Below, piece after piece: positions 25,703-35,087 of a DNA stretch of 64,000 nucleotides. Within the stretch, counting starts at the first letter, position 1; every line of letters begins with the position of its first letter. Location of the stretch: NCBI GenBank assembly GCA_947496715.1, contig CANMDT010000003.1, positions 13,112 through 77,111 on the forward strand, read 5' to 3'. Position numbers and translations under genes: made by a program. The notes under the pieces were generated by a model. It was not told the DNA's origin. It did no database searches and worked only from the letters and a program-made list of their open reading frames with translations. This DNA comes from Myxococcales bacterium. Its GTDB lineage: Bacteria > Myxococcota_A > Bradymonadia > REDH01.

Positions 25703-26248
25703 TTACTCCGCCGAATTCACAACCACTGGCACACCCTCTGTCATGCCACTGGTGAGCACAAACCGCGCGTTGGTGCCGTCGCCGTCCTGATCGCTCACCG
25801 CAAAGAGCTGCCAGTAAAACGAGCCAGCAGCCACAGAATCACAGGCCTCCGCCGAGCTGAAGCTCGCACCACTGATCGCAGGGGGCGTGCCACAGGTGTC
25901 TGCAGGTGTTCCCGACTGAACATAGAAGGCGAACCGGCTCTGCGACGGCACATTGATGCCAAGTGCCGAGAACACGCCATCGACGGGGGTGAAGGGGGCG
26001 TCGACACTCTGCGGCACCGCCGTGGGCGACCAGGCTGATGCTCCTGCATACTGGCCCCGTGAGCTGCGGTAGGTCTCCTGCGCCGTTGCAAGGGAGGCGA
26101 AGAGCTGGTTGACCTTCACCTCGCGGCCCTTGCGGACCTGCTTGCCCCAGGCGACGGCAGCGAGGGAGGCGAGGACGCCAATGATCGAGACAACGATCAT
26201 CAACTCCACGAGAGAGAAGCCGCGGCGAGAAGAGGCGGGGTTTGGCAT
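25703..26248 (-). CDS. Type IV pilin-like protein (minor pilin)
   Basis: SRRG-FSLVELMIVVSIIGVLASLA prepilin motif; two Cys; DQDGD motif. Confidence 0.82.
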   Translation of the reverse strand: MPNPASSRRGFSLVELMIVVSIIGVLASLAAVAWGKQVRKGREVKVNQLFASLATAQETYRSSRGQYAGASAWSPTAVPQSVDAPFTPVDGVFSALGINVPSQSRFAFYVQSGTPADTCGTPPAISGASFSSAEACDSVAAGSFYWQLFAVSDQDGDGTNARFVLTSGMTEGVPVVVNSAE

Positions 26249-26269
26249 AAGCGTGTTCTCCTTGGAGGG

Positions 26270-27664
26270 TTATGAGGGGTCGTCGATGTCGCCGCCGTCG
26301 ATGCCATACTTCTGCAAGCGGTAGCGGAGGGAGCGGAAGCTGATCTTCAGCAGGCCGGCGGCCTCGGTGCGAACGCCCGATGCGCGCTTGAGCGCCTTTG
26401 AGATGAGGGTGCGTTCGAGCTGCTCCACGATGGCCTCGAGGTCGACGCCCTCCGCGGTCACTTCGAGCGAGCCGCCGATCTCGCTGGAGCGGACGGCCTC
26501 CTGCATCCCCTGCGGGAGTGAGTCGCGGGTGATGATCTCTCCGAGTTCGAGCGTGACGGCGCGCTCAACGATATTCTCCAGCTCACGGACATTGCCCTGA
26601 TAGGGGTGGCCGAGCAGACACTGCATCGCGTCCTTCTCCACGCCGCGGATGGTCTTGCCGAGCTCGACCGCATACTTTGCGATGAAGTGGTGAATGAGGA
26701 GCGGGATGTCGTCGCGCCGCTCGCGCAGCGGAGGCAGGTGAAGTTCGATGACATTGAGGCGGTAGAAGAGATCTTCGCGGAAGGTTCCTGCCTTGACCAT
26801 GTCTCGGAGGTCGCGGTTGGTTGCGGCGACCACGCGGGCATCAACGTTCTCTTCGGTTGCCGAGCCGACCCGCTTGATCTTGCGCTCCTGAAGTACACGG
26901 AGCAGTTTTACCTGCATGGGGAGCGGGAGTTCTCCGATCTCGTCGAGGAAGATGGTGCCGCCCTCGGCGGCCGAGAAGAGACCTTTTTTGTCACCGGTGG
27001 CGCCCGTGAAGGCACCCTTGGTGTGGCCGAAGAGTTCGCTCTCGATGAGGCTCTCGGGGATCGCACCACAGTTGATGGGGATGAAGGCCCGCGAGGAGCG
27101 GTCGCTCTGGGCGTGGATGGAGCGGGCGAACATCTCCTTTCCCGTGCCGCTCTCGCCGGTGATGAGCACGGTGGTTTTGGCAGGCGCGACGCGAGCCACC
27201 ATCTCGTTCACGCGGCGCATGGCCTCGCTCGTCCCCACAAGCCCTACCCCCTTTCGGGTGGTGGCAAGCTGTTTCTTGAGGAAAATGTTCTCGCGCTCGA
27301 GCTGCCGGACATCGAGAGCCTTGGCGACCTGAACGGTGAGTTCGTCGATCTTGAAGGGCTTGGTAATGTAGTCGGCCGCCCCCTCTTTCATGGCTGCGAT
27401 TGCGGTGTCGGTGCTGGCGAAGGCGGTCATGAGGATGACCTGTGTGCTACGGTCGGCAGCCTTGGCCGCCAGCAGGACCTCCATGCCGGACTTTCCGGGC
27501 ATCTTGAGGTCGGTGACGACGAGGTCAAAGTTGTCTTGCGCGAGGCGGATGCAGGCGATGTCGCCCGACTCGCAGAGCTCAACCTCGTGGCCCTCCTTCT
27601 TGAGGACAATCGCCGCGAGCTCGCGGATGCTGCGCTCGTCATCGACGACAAGGATCTTTGCCAT
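26270..27664 (-). CDS. pilR: Sigma54-dependent response regulator PilR
   Basis: REC (LVVDD, D..MP, K), GESGTGKE, ESELFGH, GAFTGA, FLDEIGE, YRLNV, GNVRELEN, Fis-type HTH; next to pilS. Confidence 0.9.
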   Translation of the reverse strand: MAKILVVDDERSIRELAAIVLKKEGHEVELCESGDIACIRLAQDNFDLVVTDLKMPGKSGMEVLLAAKAADRSTQVILMTAFASTDTAIAAMKEGAADYITKPFKIDELTVQVAKALDVRQLERENIFLKKQLATTRKGVGLVGTSEAMRRVNEMVARVAPAKTTVLITGESGTGKEMFARSIHAQSDRSSRAFIPINCGAIPESLIESELFGHTKGAFTGATGDKKGLFSAAEGGTIFLDEIGELPLPMQVKLLRVLQERKIKRVGSATEENVDARVVAATNRDLRDMVKAGTFREDLFYRLNVIELHLPPLRERRDDIPLLIHHFIAKYAVELGKTIRGVEKDAMQCLLGHPYQGNVRELENIVERAVTLELGEIITRDSLPQGMQEAVRSSEIGGSLEVTAEGVDLEAIVEQLERTLISKALKRASGVRTEAAGLLKISFRSLRYRLQKYGIDGGDIDDPS

Positions 27665-27665
27665 A

Positions 27666-29474
27666 TTAGGACCTGGTGGGGAGTGCGGACGGCGAAACGG
27701 GATGAGCTGCTGTGCTGATGGCCGAGGCCCGCACGGCCCCTCTTACCCGCTCCGAGGCTACCGGCGCTACCTCCACGGGAAGGTCGGACGAAGAGACCAC
27801 GGGCATCATGAGAACAAAGCGTGCGCCGCCGCCTGGGGCGTTGTCTGCGAGCAGCACGCCGCCAAGCTCGCTGACGATGCGGTAGCTGGTGGCGAGTCCG
27901 AGTCCCGTCCCCGACTGTTTGGTGGTGAAGAAGGGCTCGAAGAGGTTCTGTCGCACCTCCTCTGAGAGGCCCGGGCCCGTGTCGTCGACCTGGACGGCGA
28001 CATAGGGGCTTCCGCCGGAACCGAAGGCCATGCGGGAGGTCGTGACGCGCAACCTGCCGCCCCGCTCCATGGCCTGGCAGCCGTTTCGGACGAGGTTGAC
28101 CAGTACCTGGCGGATCCGCTGGGGATCGGAGTCGAGAATGATTTCGCCGGAGGCGTGGTGCATCATCTCGATGACGATGCCTTCGGAGATGCGGACGTCG
28201 ATGTTGGCCATCTGCACCACCTCTGCCACCAGTTCGGTAAGCGAAAAGCGGCGGCGGCTCACCTGGATGGGGCGGGCATACTCAAGAAAGTCCTCGACGA
28301 GCCCGTTGAGGCGGTCGACCTCTCGAACGACGATGTCTGTGAGCTGACGCTCTTCTGCCCCGTCGGGGGTACGCTTTGCGAGCAGCTCCACACAGCCGGA
28401 GATGGAGGCGAGCGGGTTGCGGATCTCGTGGGCGATGGCGGCGGAGAGTTTTCCGATGGCGGCGAGGTGGTCTCTGCGCTGCACCTCGACCTCCATCGAC
28501 TTGAGCGCGGTCAGGTCCTGAAAGGTGAGGACGTAGCCGTTGGGGAGACCGCGCGGATCGCGCAGGAGGGCTACCGACAGCCCCACCACGAGGTCGTCGC
28601 CGTTCGGCCGCGTGAGGGTGCCCTCCACCCGACCGTCCGGCAGGGTTGCATCTCGGGTGGCCTCAGCGAGCAGGTCTGCCAGTTCGGGCAGGATGGTGGC
28701 GAGGGGCTGAAACCTGGCAGACTCTTCGGAGATCCCGGTGAGTTGGGCGGCGGCAGGATTGAAGAAGGAGACGCGCCCGTCGAGGTCGAGGGTGACGAGG
28801 CCCGCCGAGAGGGAGCGGACGATGTTGTCGTTGAGCGCGCGGAGCTGCCGGATGTCGAGCTGTCTGCGCTCGAGTTCGGAGCCCACCTGGCCGATACGCT
28901 CGGCGAGGTAGCCGGCACCGAACCCGACGGCATAGAAGGCGGCGACATGGACGACGACGTTGTCGAAGGGGAGCTGCTGCGAGGCGGTGGCCTCAGCAAA
29001 GAAGAGTGCGGGGACGGAGCCGAAGGAGCTGAATTGAACGACGAAGATCACCAGATAGCTGAGCGCGGCGATGGTGGCTGTAAAGAGCGCGCCCTGGCGG
29101 CCGCGGAGAATCGCGCCGGTGAAGATGGTGAAGAAGAAGAGGAAGGTGAAGATGGACTCGATGCCTCCCGTCATGAGTACGAGCGAGGTGGCAAGGAAGG
29201 CGTCGCCGAGGATCTGGACGGGGACGAGGAGGTCGAGCTGGGCCGCGCGTCGGAGCCAGAGAGCGAGTCCGATGGTACCGAGATAGGTGACGATGATGAT
29301 GGCTGCGACGGCGATGTAGGTCGGGTCGGAGAAGCCGGCAGGGTCGTCGAGGTTGGCAATGACGGCGGAGCCCAAAAGGAGCGAAGCCACCACCACCCGG
29401 AAGAGCATGAGCCATTCGAGCCGCTCGCGGAGCGACGCGTTCGGGAGGCTCGCTGCGCCCGTGTTGGGGTTCAA
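27666..29474 (-). CDS. pilS: Sensor histidine kinase PilS
   Basis: Six N-terminal TM segments, PAS, AHEIRNPL, NLVRN, DTGPG, FFTTKQSGTGLGL. Confidence 0.88.
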   Translation of the reverse strand: MNPNTGAASLPNASLRERLEWLMLFRVVVASLLLGSAVIANLDDPAGFSDPTYIAVAAIIIVTYLGTIGLALWLRRAAQLDLLVPVQILGDAFLATSLVLMTGGIESIFTFLFFFTIFTGAILRGRQGALFTATIAALSYLVIFVVQFSSFGSVPALFFAEATASQQLPFDNVVVHVAAFYAVGFGAGYLAERIGQVGSELERRQLDIRQLRALNDNIVRSLSAGLVTLDLDGRVSFFNPAAAQLTGISEESARFQPLATILPELADLLAEATRDATLPDGRVEGTLTRPNGDDLVVGLSVALLRDPRGLPNGYVLTFQDLTALKSMEVEVQRRDHLAAIGKLSAAIAHEIRNPLASISGCVELLAKRTPDGAEERQLTDIVVREVDRLNGLVEDFLEYARPIQVSRRRFSLTELVAEVVQMANIDVRISEGIVIEMMHHASGEIILDSDPQRIRQVLVNLVRNGCQAMERGGRLRVTTSRMAFGSGGSPYVAVQVDDTGPGLSEEVRQNLFEPFFTTKQSGTGLGLATSYRIVSELGGVLLADNAPGGGARFVLMMPVVSSSDLPVEVAPVASERVRGAVRASAISTAAHPVSPSALPTRS

Positions 29475-29498
29475 GGAGGCCCCCCGGCAGGTCGACTG

Positions 29499-30704
29499 CT
29501 AGCCAACATTGTCGGCCATGGTGAAGATGGGGAGATACATGGCGATGAGCATGCCACCGACGACGCCGCCGATGAAGATCATCATGACCGGCTCCAGGAG
29601 TGCGGTGAGCGCGTCGACCGCGACGTCGACTTCGTCTTCGTAGAAGTCGGCAATCTTGTTGAGCATGGTGTCCATGGCGCCGGTGGCCTCACCAACGCCG
29701 ATCATCTGTACGACCATCTTGGGGAAGATGCCGGTCTCGGCGAGGGGCTCAGCCATGGTGCGGCCTTCGGAGATCTTCTCGCGGACGCGCAAGATGGCCT
29801 TTTCGATCACCTTGTTTCCAGCGGTGCGCGAGACGATCTCGAGTCCATCGAGGATGGGCACGCCGGCAGAGACGAGGGTACCGAGCGTGCGGGTGAACTT
29901 TGCGACGGCCGACTTACGGATGAGTGTTCCGAAGACGGGCGTGCGGAGCATGAAGGAGTCGAAGAGGTATCGGCCTTTCGGGTTGGCGACCATGGTTCGG
30001 AAGCCGGAGATGGCTCCGAAGATACCGCCGATGTAGATGTACCAGTTGCTGGCGAAGTTGTCGGAGAGGTCGATAACGAACTGGGTGGGGGCGGGGAGCG
30101 CCTTCTTTCCCATGGATTGGAACATGCCCTGGAAGGTCGGGATGACCTTCCAGAGGAGGACGATGACGACGACGAGAGCGATGGCCGCGATTGACAACGG
30201 GTAGGTGAAGGCGCCCGCAACCTTTCGGTTCAGCTTCACCGACTTTTCGATGTAGATGGCGAGCCGGTTGAGGATGGTGTCGAGAATACCGCCGACCTCG
30301 CCGGCGGCGACGAGATTGACGTAGAGTTCGTCGAAGACTTTGGGGTGCTTGTTCAGCGCGGTGGCGAAGGTGGAGCCTGTCTCGACGTCGTTTTTGACCG
30401 AGAGGATGATCTTGGCGAAGTTCTTGTTGGGTTCGCCGTTGCCGAGGATCTCGAGGCACTGCACGAGGGGCAGACCTGCATCAATCATGGTGGCGAACTG
30501 GCGGGTGAAAATGACCAACTCTTTGTTGGTGACGCCGCCGCCCAAGGAGGGAATCGCGATGCCGGCAGACTTCTTCTTGATCTTTCCGGGCTGGATGTTC
30601 TGAGCTCGGAGCCGGTTGATGACATCGGACTCCTGGTCGGCCTGCATCTCGCCGGAGCTCTCTTCGCCGGTGCGTGTTCGTCCTTCCCAGAGATAGGTAG
30701 CCAT
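29499..30704 (-). CDS. pilC: Type IV pilus platform protein PilC
   Basis: FTRQFATMIDAGLPL, GEVGGILD, AFTYP, FTRTLGTLVSAGVP, GEATGAMD, LEP..MYLPIF. Confidence 0.96.
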   Translation of the reverse strand: MATYLWEGRTRTGEESSGEMQADQESDVINRLRAQNIQPGKIKKKSAGIAIPSLGGGVTNKELVIFTRQFATMIDAGLPLVQCLEILGNGEPNKNFAKIILSVKNDVETGSTFATALNKHPKVFDELYVNLVAAGEVGGILDTILNRLAIYIEKSVKLNRKVAGAFTYPLSIAAIALVVVIVLLWKVIPTFQGMFQSMGKKALPAPTQFVIDLSDNFASNWYIYIGGIFGAISGFRTMVANPKGRYLFDSFMLRTPVFGTLIRKSAVAKFTRTLGTLVSAGVPILDGLEIVSRTAGNKVIEKAILRVREKISEGRTMAEPLAETGIFPKMVVQMIGVGEATGAMDTMLNKIADFYEDEVDVAVDALTALLEPVMMIFIGGVVGGMLIAMYLPIFTMADNVG

Positions 30705-30722
30705 GGTGGTTGCTCGGGTCTG

Positions 30723-31811
30723 TTAGGAGGAGTGAGGGCGGACTCCGCCGCCGTGGCCGCTGAGCATGCTTTTGAGCTCATCGACATCGGTGGAGCGGTT
30801 GATCGCCTCTTCGACGGTAATCTGCTTACGCTGCAAAAGCGAAAACAGGGACTGGTTCATGGTCTGCATGCCAAACTTCCCGCCGGTCTGCATCTGGCTG
30901 TAGATCTGGTGAAGTTTGTCTTCGCGGATGAGGTTCCGGATGGCCGGGGTGATGACGAGCACCTCGAGGCACATGGAGCGGCCGGGGCCGTGGGCTTTGG
31001 GAGCAAGCTGCTGGCTGACGACCCCTTCGAGGACGAAGGAGAGTTGGGCGCGCACCTGGTCCTGCTGGTGGGAGGGGAAGACATCGACGATGCGGTTGAT
31101 GGTGGCGATGGCTCCGTTGGTGTGGAGCGTGGCGAGCGCAAGGTGGCCTGTCTCGGCGACCTGGAGGGCGGCCTCGATGGTCTCGAGGTCTCGGAGTTCG
31201 CCGACAAGGACCACATCGGGATCCTGTCGCAGGACGTAGCGGAGCGCGGTCTTGAAGCCGCTGGTGTCGGAGCCGACCTCACGCTGGTTGACGATAGAGT
31301 TCTTGTGGGGGTGGAGGAACTCGATCGGGTCTTCGATGGTGAGGATGTGGTGATGCTTTTCCTCGTTGATCTTGTCGATCATGGCGGCGAGCGTGGTCGA
31401 TTTTCCGGAGCCGGTGGGGCCCGTGACCAGGACGAGCCCGCGCTTTTTGTTTGCGAGTTCGCCGAGCGCAGGGGGCAGCGAGAGCTCGTCGAAGGAGCGG
31501 ATCTTGAAGGGGATCTGGCGGAAGACACCGGCGACGGCGCCGCGCTGCATGAAGATGTTGGCGCGGAAGCGGGCGAGCGCTTTGACACCGAAGGAGAGGT
31601 CGAGCTCGTTGCTCTCTTCGAACTTCTGCCGCTGGCTGTCGGTGAGGACGGAGTAGCAGAGCTGGCGTGTCTCGACGCTTGTCAGCGCGGGGAGGTTGAG
31701 CGGCTGCAGGTGGCCGTCGACGCGGACGCGGGGTGGGCTTCCGACGGTGATGTGAAGGTCGGAGGCACCCTGTTCGTGCATGACCTTGAGAAGCTGATGA
31801 AGATTGGCCAC
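30723..31811 (-). CDS. pilT: Type IV pilus retraction ATPase PilT
   Basis: GASDLHI, GPTGSGKSTT, TIEDPIE, LRQDPDVVLVGELRD, TGHL...TLH, AIRNLIRE motif. Confidence 0.96.
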   Translation of the reverse strand: MANLHQLLKVMHEQGASDLHITVGSPPRVRVDGHLQPLNLPALTSVETRQLCYSVLTDSQRQKFEESNELDLSFGVKALARFRANIFMQRGAVAGVFRQIPFKIRSFDELSLPPALGELANKKRGLVLVTGPTGSGKSTTLAAMIDKINEEKHHHILTIEDPIEFLHPHKNSIVNQREVGSDTSGFKTALRYVLRQDPDVVLVGELRDLETIEAALQVAETGHLALATLHTNGAIATINRIVDVFPSHQQDQVRAQLSFVLEGVVSQQLAPKAHGPGRSMCLEVLVITPAIRNLIREDKLHQIYSQMQTGGKFGMQTMNQSLFSLLQRKQITVEEAINRSTDVDELKSMLSGHGGGVRPHSS

Positions 31812-31836
31812 AACAGAGCCTTGCGCCGGAGTTCGA

Positions 31837-33558
31837 CTAGTCGGGGGCGGAGCAGCGGACGACCTCTGGGATGGTCGTCACGCCCTCAAGAAGTTTGGTG
31901 ATGGCGGCCTGGCGGAGCGTCTTCATGCCGAGGCGAATGGCCTCGTTCTTGAGTTCGGCGGCCGAGAATCCCTGCAAGATGCACTCTTTGAGTCCGTCGT
32001 TGATGACAAGGACCTCGTAGAGCGCGACGCGGCCCTTGTAGCCCGTGCCGTTGCAGCGGGTGCAGCCTGTACCGCGCCCCTTGTAGAGTTTGGTCATGGG
32101 GATGAGCTCTTCGGGGACCTGGACCTCGCGGAGACCCGCCTCATCGAGGGGGATTTCCTCTTTGCACTCACCGCAGACGCGTCGTGCGAGACGTTGGGCC
32201 ACGATGACATTGAGGGCTGCTGTGACGAGGAAGGGCTCGATGCCCATGTTCAGCAGACGGGAGATGGTCGACGGGGCGTCGTTGGTGTGCAGGGTCGAGA
32301 TGACCATGTGACCGGTGAGCGCGGCCTTGATGGCAATTTCTGCGGTTTCGAAGTCGCGGATCTCACCGACCATGATGATATCGGGGTCCTGCCGGAGGAA
32401 GGAGCGGAGCGCCGCGGCGAAGTTGAAGCCGATGGACTCTGCCATCTGGCACTGGTTGATGCCGGGGAGATTGAACTCGACGGGGTCTTCGGCGGTCGAG
32501 ATGTTCTCGCTCGACTTGTTGAGTTCGGCGAGCGCGGAATAGAGCGTGGTAGTCTTTCCGGAGCCTGTCGGGCCAGTAACCAGGCACATGCCGTAGGGGC
32601 GATGGATGCAGTCCTTGAAGGCGCGGAGCGGCTCGGCCTCGAAGCCGAGCTTGGTCATGTCGAGCTGAAGGTTGCCCTTGTCGAGCAGACGCATGACGAT
32701 TTTTTCGCCGAAGAGCGTGGGGCAGACGGAGACGCGGTAGTCCATCTCCTTGTCTTTGCCGAGCTTGAGCTTGATACGACCGTCCTGCGGGAGGCGGCGC
32801 TCGGCGATGTCGAGCCGCGCCATGATCTTCATACGCGAGGTCATGGCGTTCTTGAGCTTGAGTGGCGGCTTCATGACCTCGTAGAGGACGCCGTCGATGC
32901 GGTATCGCACGCGCATCTCTTTCTCGTAGGGCTCGACATGGATGTCGGAGGCGTTGCGCTTGATGGCGTCGACAAGGATGAGGTTGCAAAGCCGGACGAC
33001 GGGTGCGTCGTCGGCGCTCTTGGCGAGGTCGGAGAGGTCGATGGCCGCGCTTCCGCCGCCGTCGCCGTCACCATCGCCATCGGCGTCGTCGAAGTTGAGG
33101 TCGCGCCAGAGGCCCTCCACATCGACGCCCTTCTCGTAGTACTTGGTGATGGCCTCGCGGATGGCCGCCTCGGAGGCTACGACGACCTCGATGTTGTAGG
33201 AGGTGAGGAACTTGAGGTCGTCGATGGCCGTCAGGTTGGACGGGTCGGCCATGGCGACGATGAGGGTTCCGCCGGCGCGGTTGACGGGGATGCAGAGGTG
33301 GCGCGTGGCTACCTCCTTGGGCACGAGATCGATGACCTCGCGCTTAATGTCGAAGTCGGCCAGCGAGATGGAGGGGACTCCATAGGCCTTGGAGAGGAAC
33401 TGGGTGAGCTCCGTCTCGTCGATGAAGCCTAGCTTGGTGAGCGTGTAGCCAAGCCGCTCCCCTGACTGGCGCTGCTCGTCGTGGGCCCGCTGGAGCTGGG
33501 CAAGCGAGATGAGGTTCTCGCGGACTAGAAGTTCTCCGAGGCGACCACCTGACGACAT
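31837..33558 (-). CDS. pilB: Type IV pilus assembly ATPase PilB
   Basis: MshEN-like N-terminus, ASDIHVEP, ERRLPQDGRI, GPTGSGKTT, LRQDPDIIMVGEIRD, two CxxC zinc motifs. Confidence 0.96.
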   Translation of the reverse strand: MSSGGRLGELLVRENLISLAQLQRAHDEQRQSGERLGYTLTKLGFIDETELTQFLSKAYGVPSISLADFDIKREVIDLVPKEVATRHLCIPVNRAGGTLIVAMADPSNLTAIDDLKFLTSYNIEVVVASEAAIREAITKYYEKGVDVEGLWRDLNFDDADGDGDGDGGGSAAIDLSDLAKSADDAPVVRLCNLILVDAIKRNASDIHVEPYEKEMRVRYRIDGVLYEVMKPPLKLKNAMTSRMKIMARLDIAERRLPQDGRIKLKLGKDKEMDYRVSVCPTLFGEKIVMRLLDKGNLQLDMTKLGFEAEPLRAFKDCIHRPYGMCLVTGPTGSGKTTTLYSALAELNKSSENISTAEDPVEFNLPGINQCQMAESIGFNFAAALRSFLRQDPDIIMVGEIRDFETAEIAIKAALTGHMVISTLHTNDAPSTISRLLNMGIEPFLVTAALNVIVAQRLARRVCGECKEEIPLDEAGLREVQVPEELIPMTKLYKGRGTGCTRCNGTGYKGRVALYEVLVINDGLKECILQGFSAAELKNEAIRLGMKTLRQAAITKLLEGVTTIPEVVRCSAPD

Positions 33559-33683
33559 GAAATAACCTCCGCTGCGCGCGTGGACTTCTGCTCACGCGAC
33601 GAACTAGGTAACAAGTGGAGATCGGAGGTGTCAACGAAGCCGAGCGGCTCCGACAGCTCCGAACGATCCCCCTACCCTGGTCG

Positions 33684-35087
33684 ATGATGTCTGACGCAAC
33701 GCCCAAGAAGCGCGCTACCTCGGCGGCGAAGCCCGCTCCTGCCCCCCCATCACCAGCTTCAAAGACAGCGCCCGCCGCAAAGGCCGCTGCAAGGGCCGCA
33801 CCGAAGAGCGAGCCCAAGCCGGCGCCTAAGGCTGCAGCCAAGCCCAAGCCGGCTGCAAAGGCCGCACCGAAGAGCGAGCCCACGCCGGCTGCAAAGGCCG
33901 CACCGAAGGCGGCCGCGAAGGCTAAGCCCAAGCCGACGGTGGCTCCGAAGGCGGCTCCGAAGGCGGCCGCGAAGGCTAAGCCCAAGCCGACGGTGGCTCC
34001 GAAGGCTGCGCCGAAGGCGGCCGCGAAGGCTAAGCCCAAGCCGACGGTGGCTCCGAAGGCTGCGCCAATCTCTAAGCCAGCGGCGAAGCGTCTTCTCGTG
34101 ACGGGTGCGACCGGCTTTCTGGGACGGCATGTCGTGGCGGCTGCGAAGGCCGCGGGCTGGATCGTACGGGTGCTGGCACGCCCCACCTCGAATCTGGGTC
34201 CAATCGCCGGCCTCTACGACGAGGTCCACACGGGCGATGTGACGGATGCGGCCTCGCTCCGCGGTTCGTGCGAAGGTGTGACGGCAGTGGTGCACTGCGC
34301 CTGTGCGGTTGCCTCGACCTTTGACGCTGGCCGCGCGGCCGACGCGGCCTTCATGGCGGTGAACGCCGAGGGGACTGCGAACCTTGCCGACGAGGTGATG
34401 AAGGTACCCGGGCTGCGCTTTGTGCAGGTCTCGAGCACCGCGGCGATGGGCGCGCCGCAGACCGCGGTGGTCGGGCCAGACAGCCCCTGCCAGCCCAAGA
34501 CCCCCTACCAGCGGTCGAAGCGGGCGGCGGAGCTGCTGCTGCTCGAGCGGGCGGAGCGGGGCCTCAATGTGGTCATCGTCCGCACCTGCGTCATCGCCGG
34601 TCCGGGCAAAGAGCGGAGCGAACTGCTCAAGATGTTCAAGCTGGTGAAGGCTGGCCTCTTTCCCTTCCTGGGCAACAATCTGGATATCCAGAAGCCGCTC
34701 ATCGATGTGGATGATGTGGTGCAGGCGCTGCTGCTGGCGACCGAGCGTGGCACGGGCGGCGGCATCTATCTGGTGACCTCCGGTGGCCGCCACACCATGC
34801 GCGAGATCCTGGAGGTAGCGCAGTCGCTGACAGGTGGCCCGCGGACCCACGTCGCCATTCCGGTGGCCGCGGCGCGACTTGCAGCGCGCGCCTTTAAGCA
34901 GGCCGGCAGGTTCCTGCCGGACTGGAATGTGCCCATCACCGATGAGCGCATCGACCTGTTTCTGGCCGACCGCCAGATAGACATTTCGCGCGCGGAGCGC
35001 GAACTCGGCTATGCGCCGAAACACCAGAGCGTCGAAGAGATGCTGGGTGCGACCTACCGGTACTATCGGCAGCGAGGGATGATATGA
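33684..35087 (+). CDS. NAD-dependent epimerase/dehydratase with N-terminal Ala/Lys/Pro-rich repeat extension
   Basis: LVTGATGFLG, VSSTAA, YQRSK; about 130-aa AKP-rich N-terminus. Start ATG 33684 or 33687. Confidence 0.8.
   Translation: MMSDATPKKRATSAAKPAPAPPSPASKTAPAAKAAARAAPKSEPKPAPKAAAKPKPAAKAAPKSEPTPAAKAAPKAAAKAKPKPTVAPKAAPKAAAKAKPKPTVAPKAAPKAAAKAKPKPTVAPKAAPISKPAAKRLLVTGATGFLGRHVVAAAKAAGWIVRVLARPTSNLGPIAGLYDEVHTGDVTDAASLRGSCEGVTAVVHCACAVASTFDAGRAADAAFMAVNAEGTANLADEVMKVPGLRFVQVSSTAAMGAPQTAVVGPDSPCQPKTPYQRSKRAAELLLLERAERGLNVVIVRTCVIAGPGKERSELLKMFKLVKAGLFPFLGNNLDIQKPLIDVDDVVQALLLATERGTGGGIYLVTSGGRHTMREILEVAQSLTGGPRTHVAIPVAAARLAARAFKQAGRFLPDWNVPITDERIDLFLADRQIDISRAERELGYAPKHQSVEEMLGATYRYYRQRGMI
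33903..34064 (+). repeat. Three tandem 54-bp coding repeats (PKAAAKAKPKPTVAPKAA)
   Basis: Units at 33903-33956, 33957-34010, 34011-34064, near-identical at DNA level. Confidence 0.9.

Noticed and set aside
28155-33432. Long plus-strand ORFs opposite pilS, pilC, pilT and pilB
   Set aside because: Antisense shadows of well-supported genes.
33344-34186. Minus-strand ORF with hydrophobic repeats (GLGLAFAAAFGA)
   Set aside because: Reverse complement of the AKP repeat, overlapping pilB; not an independent membrane protein.
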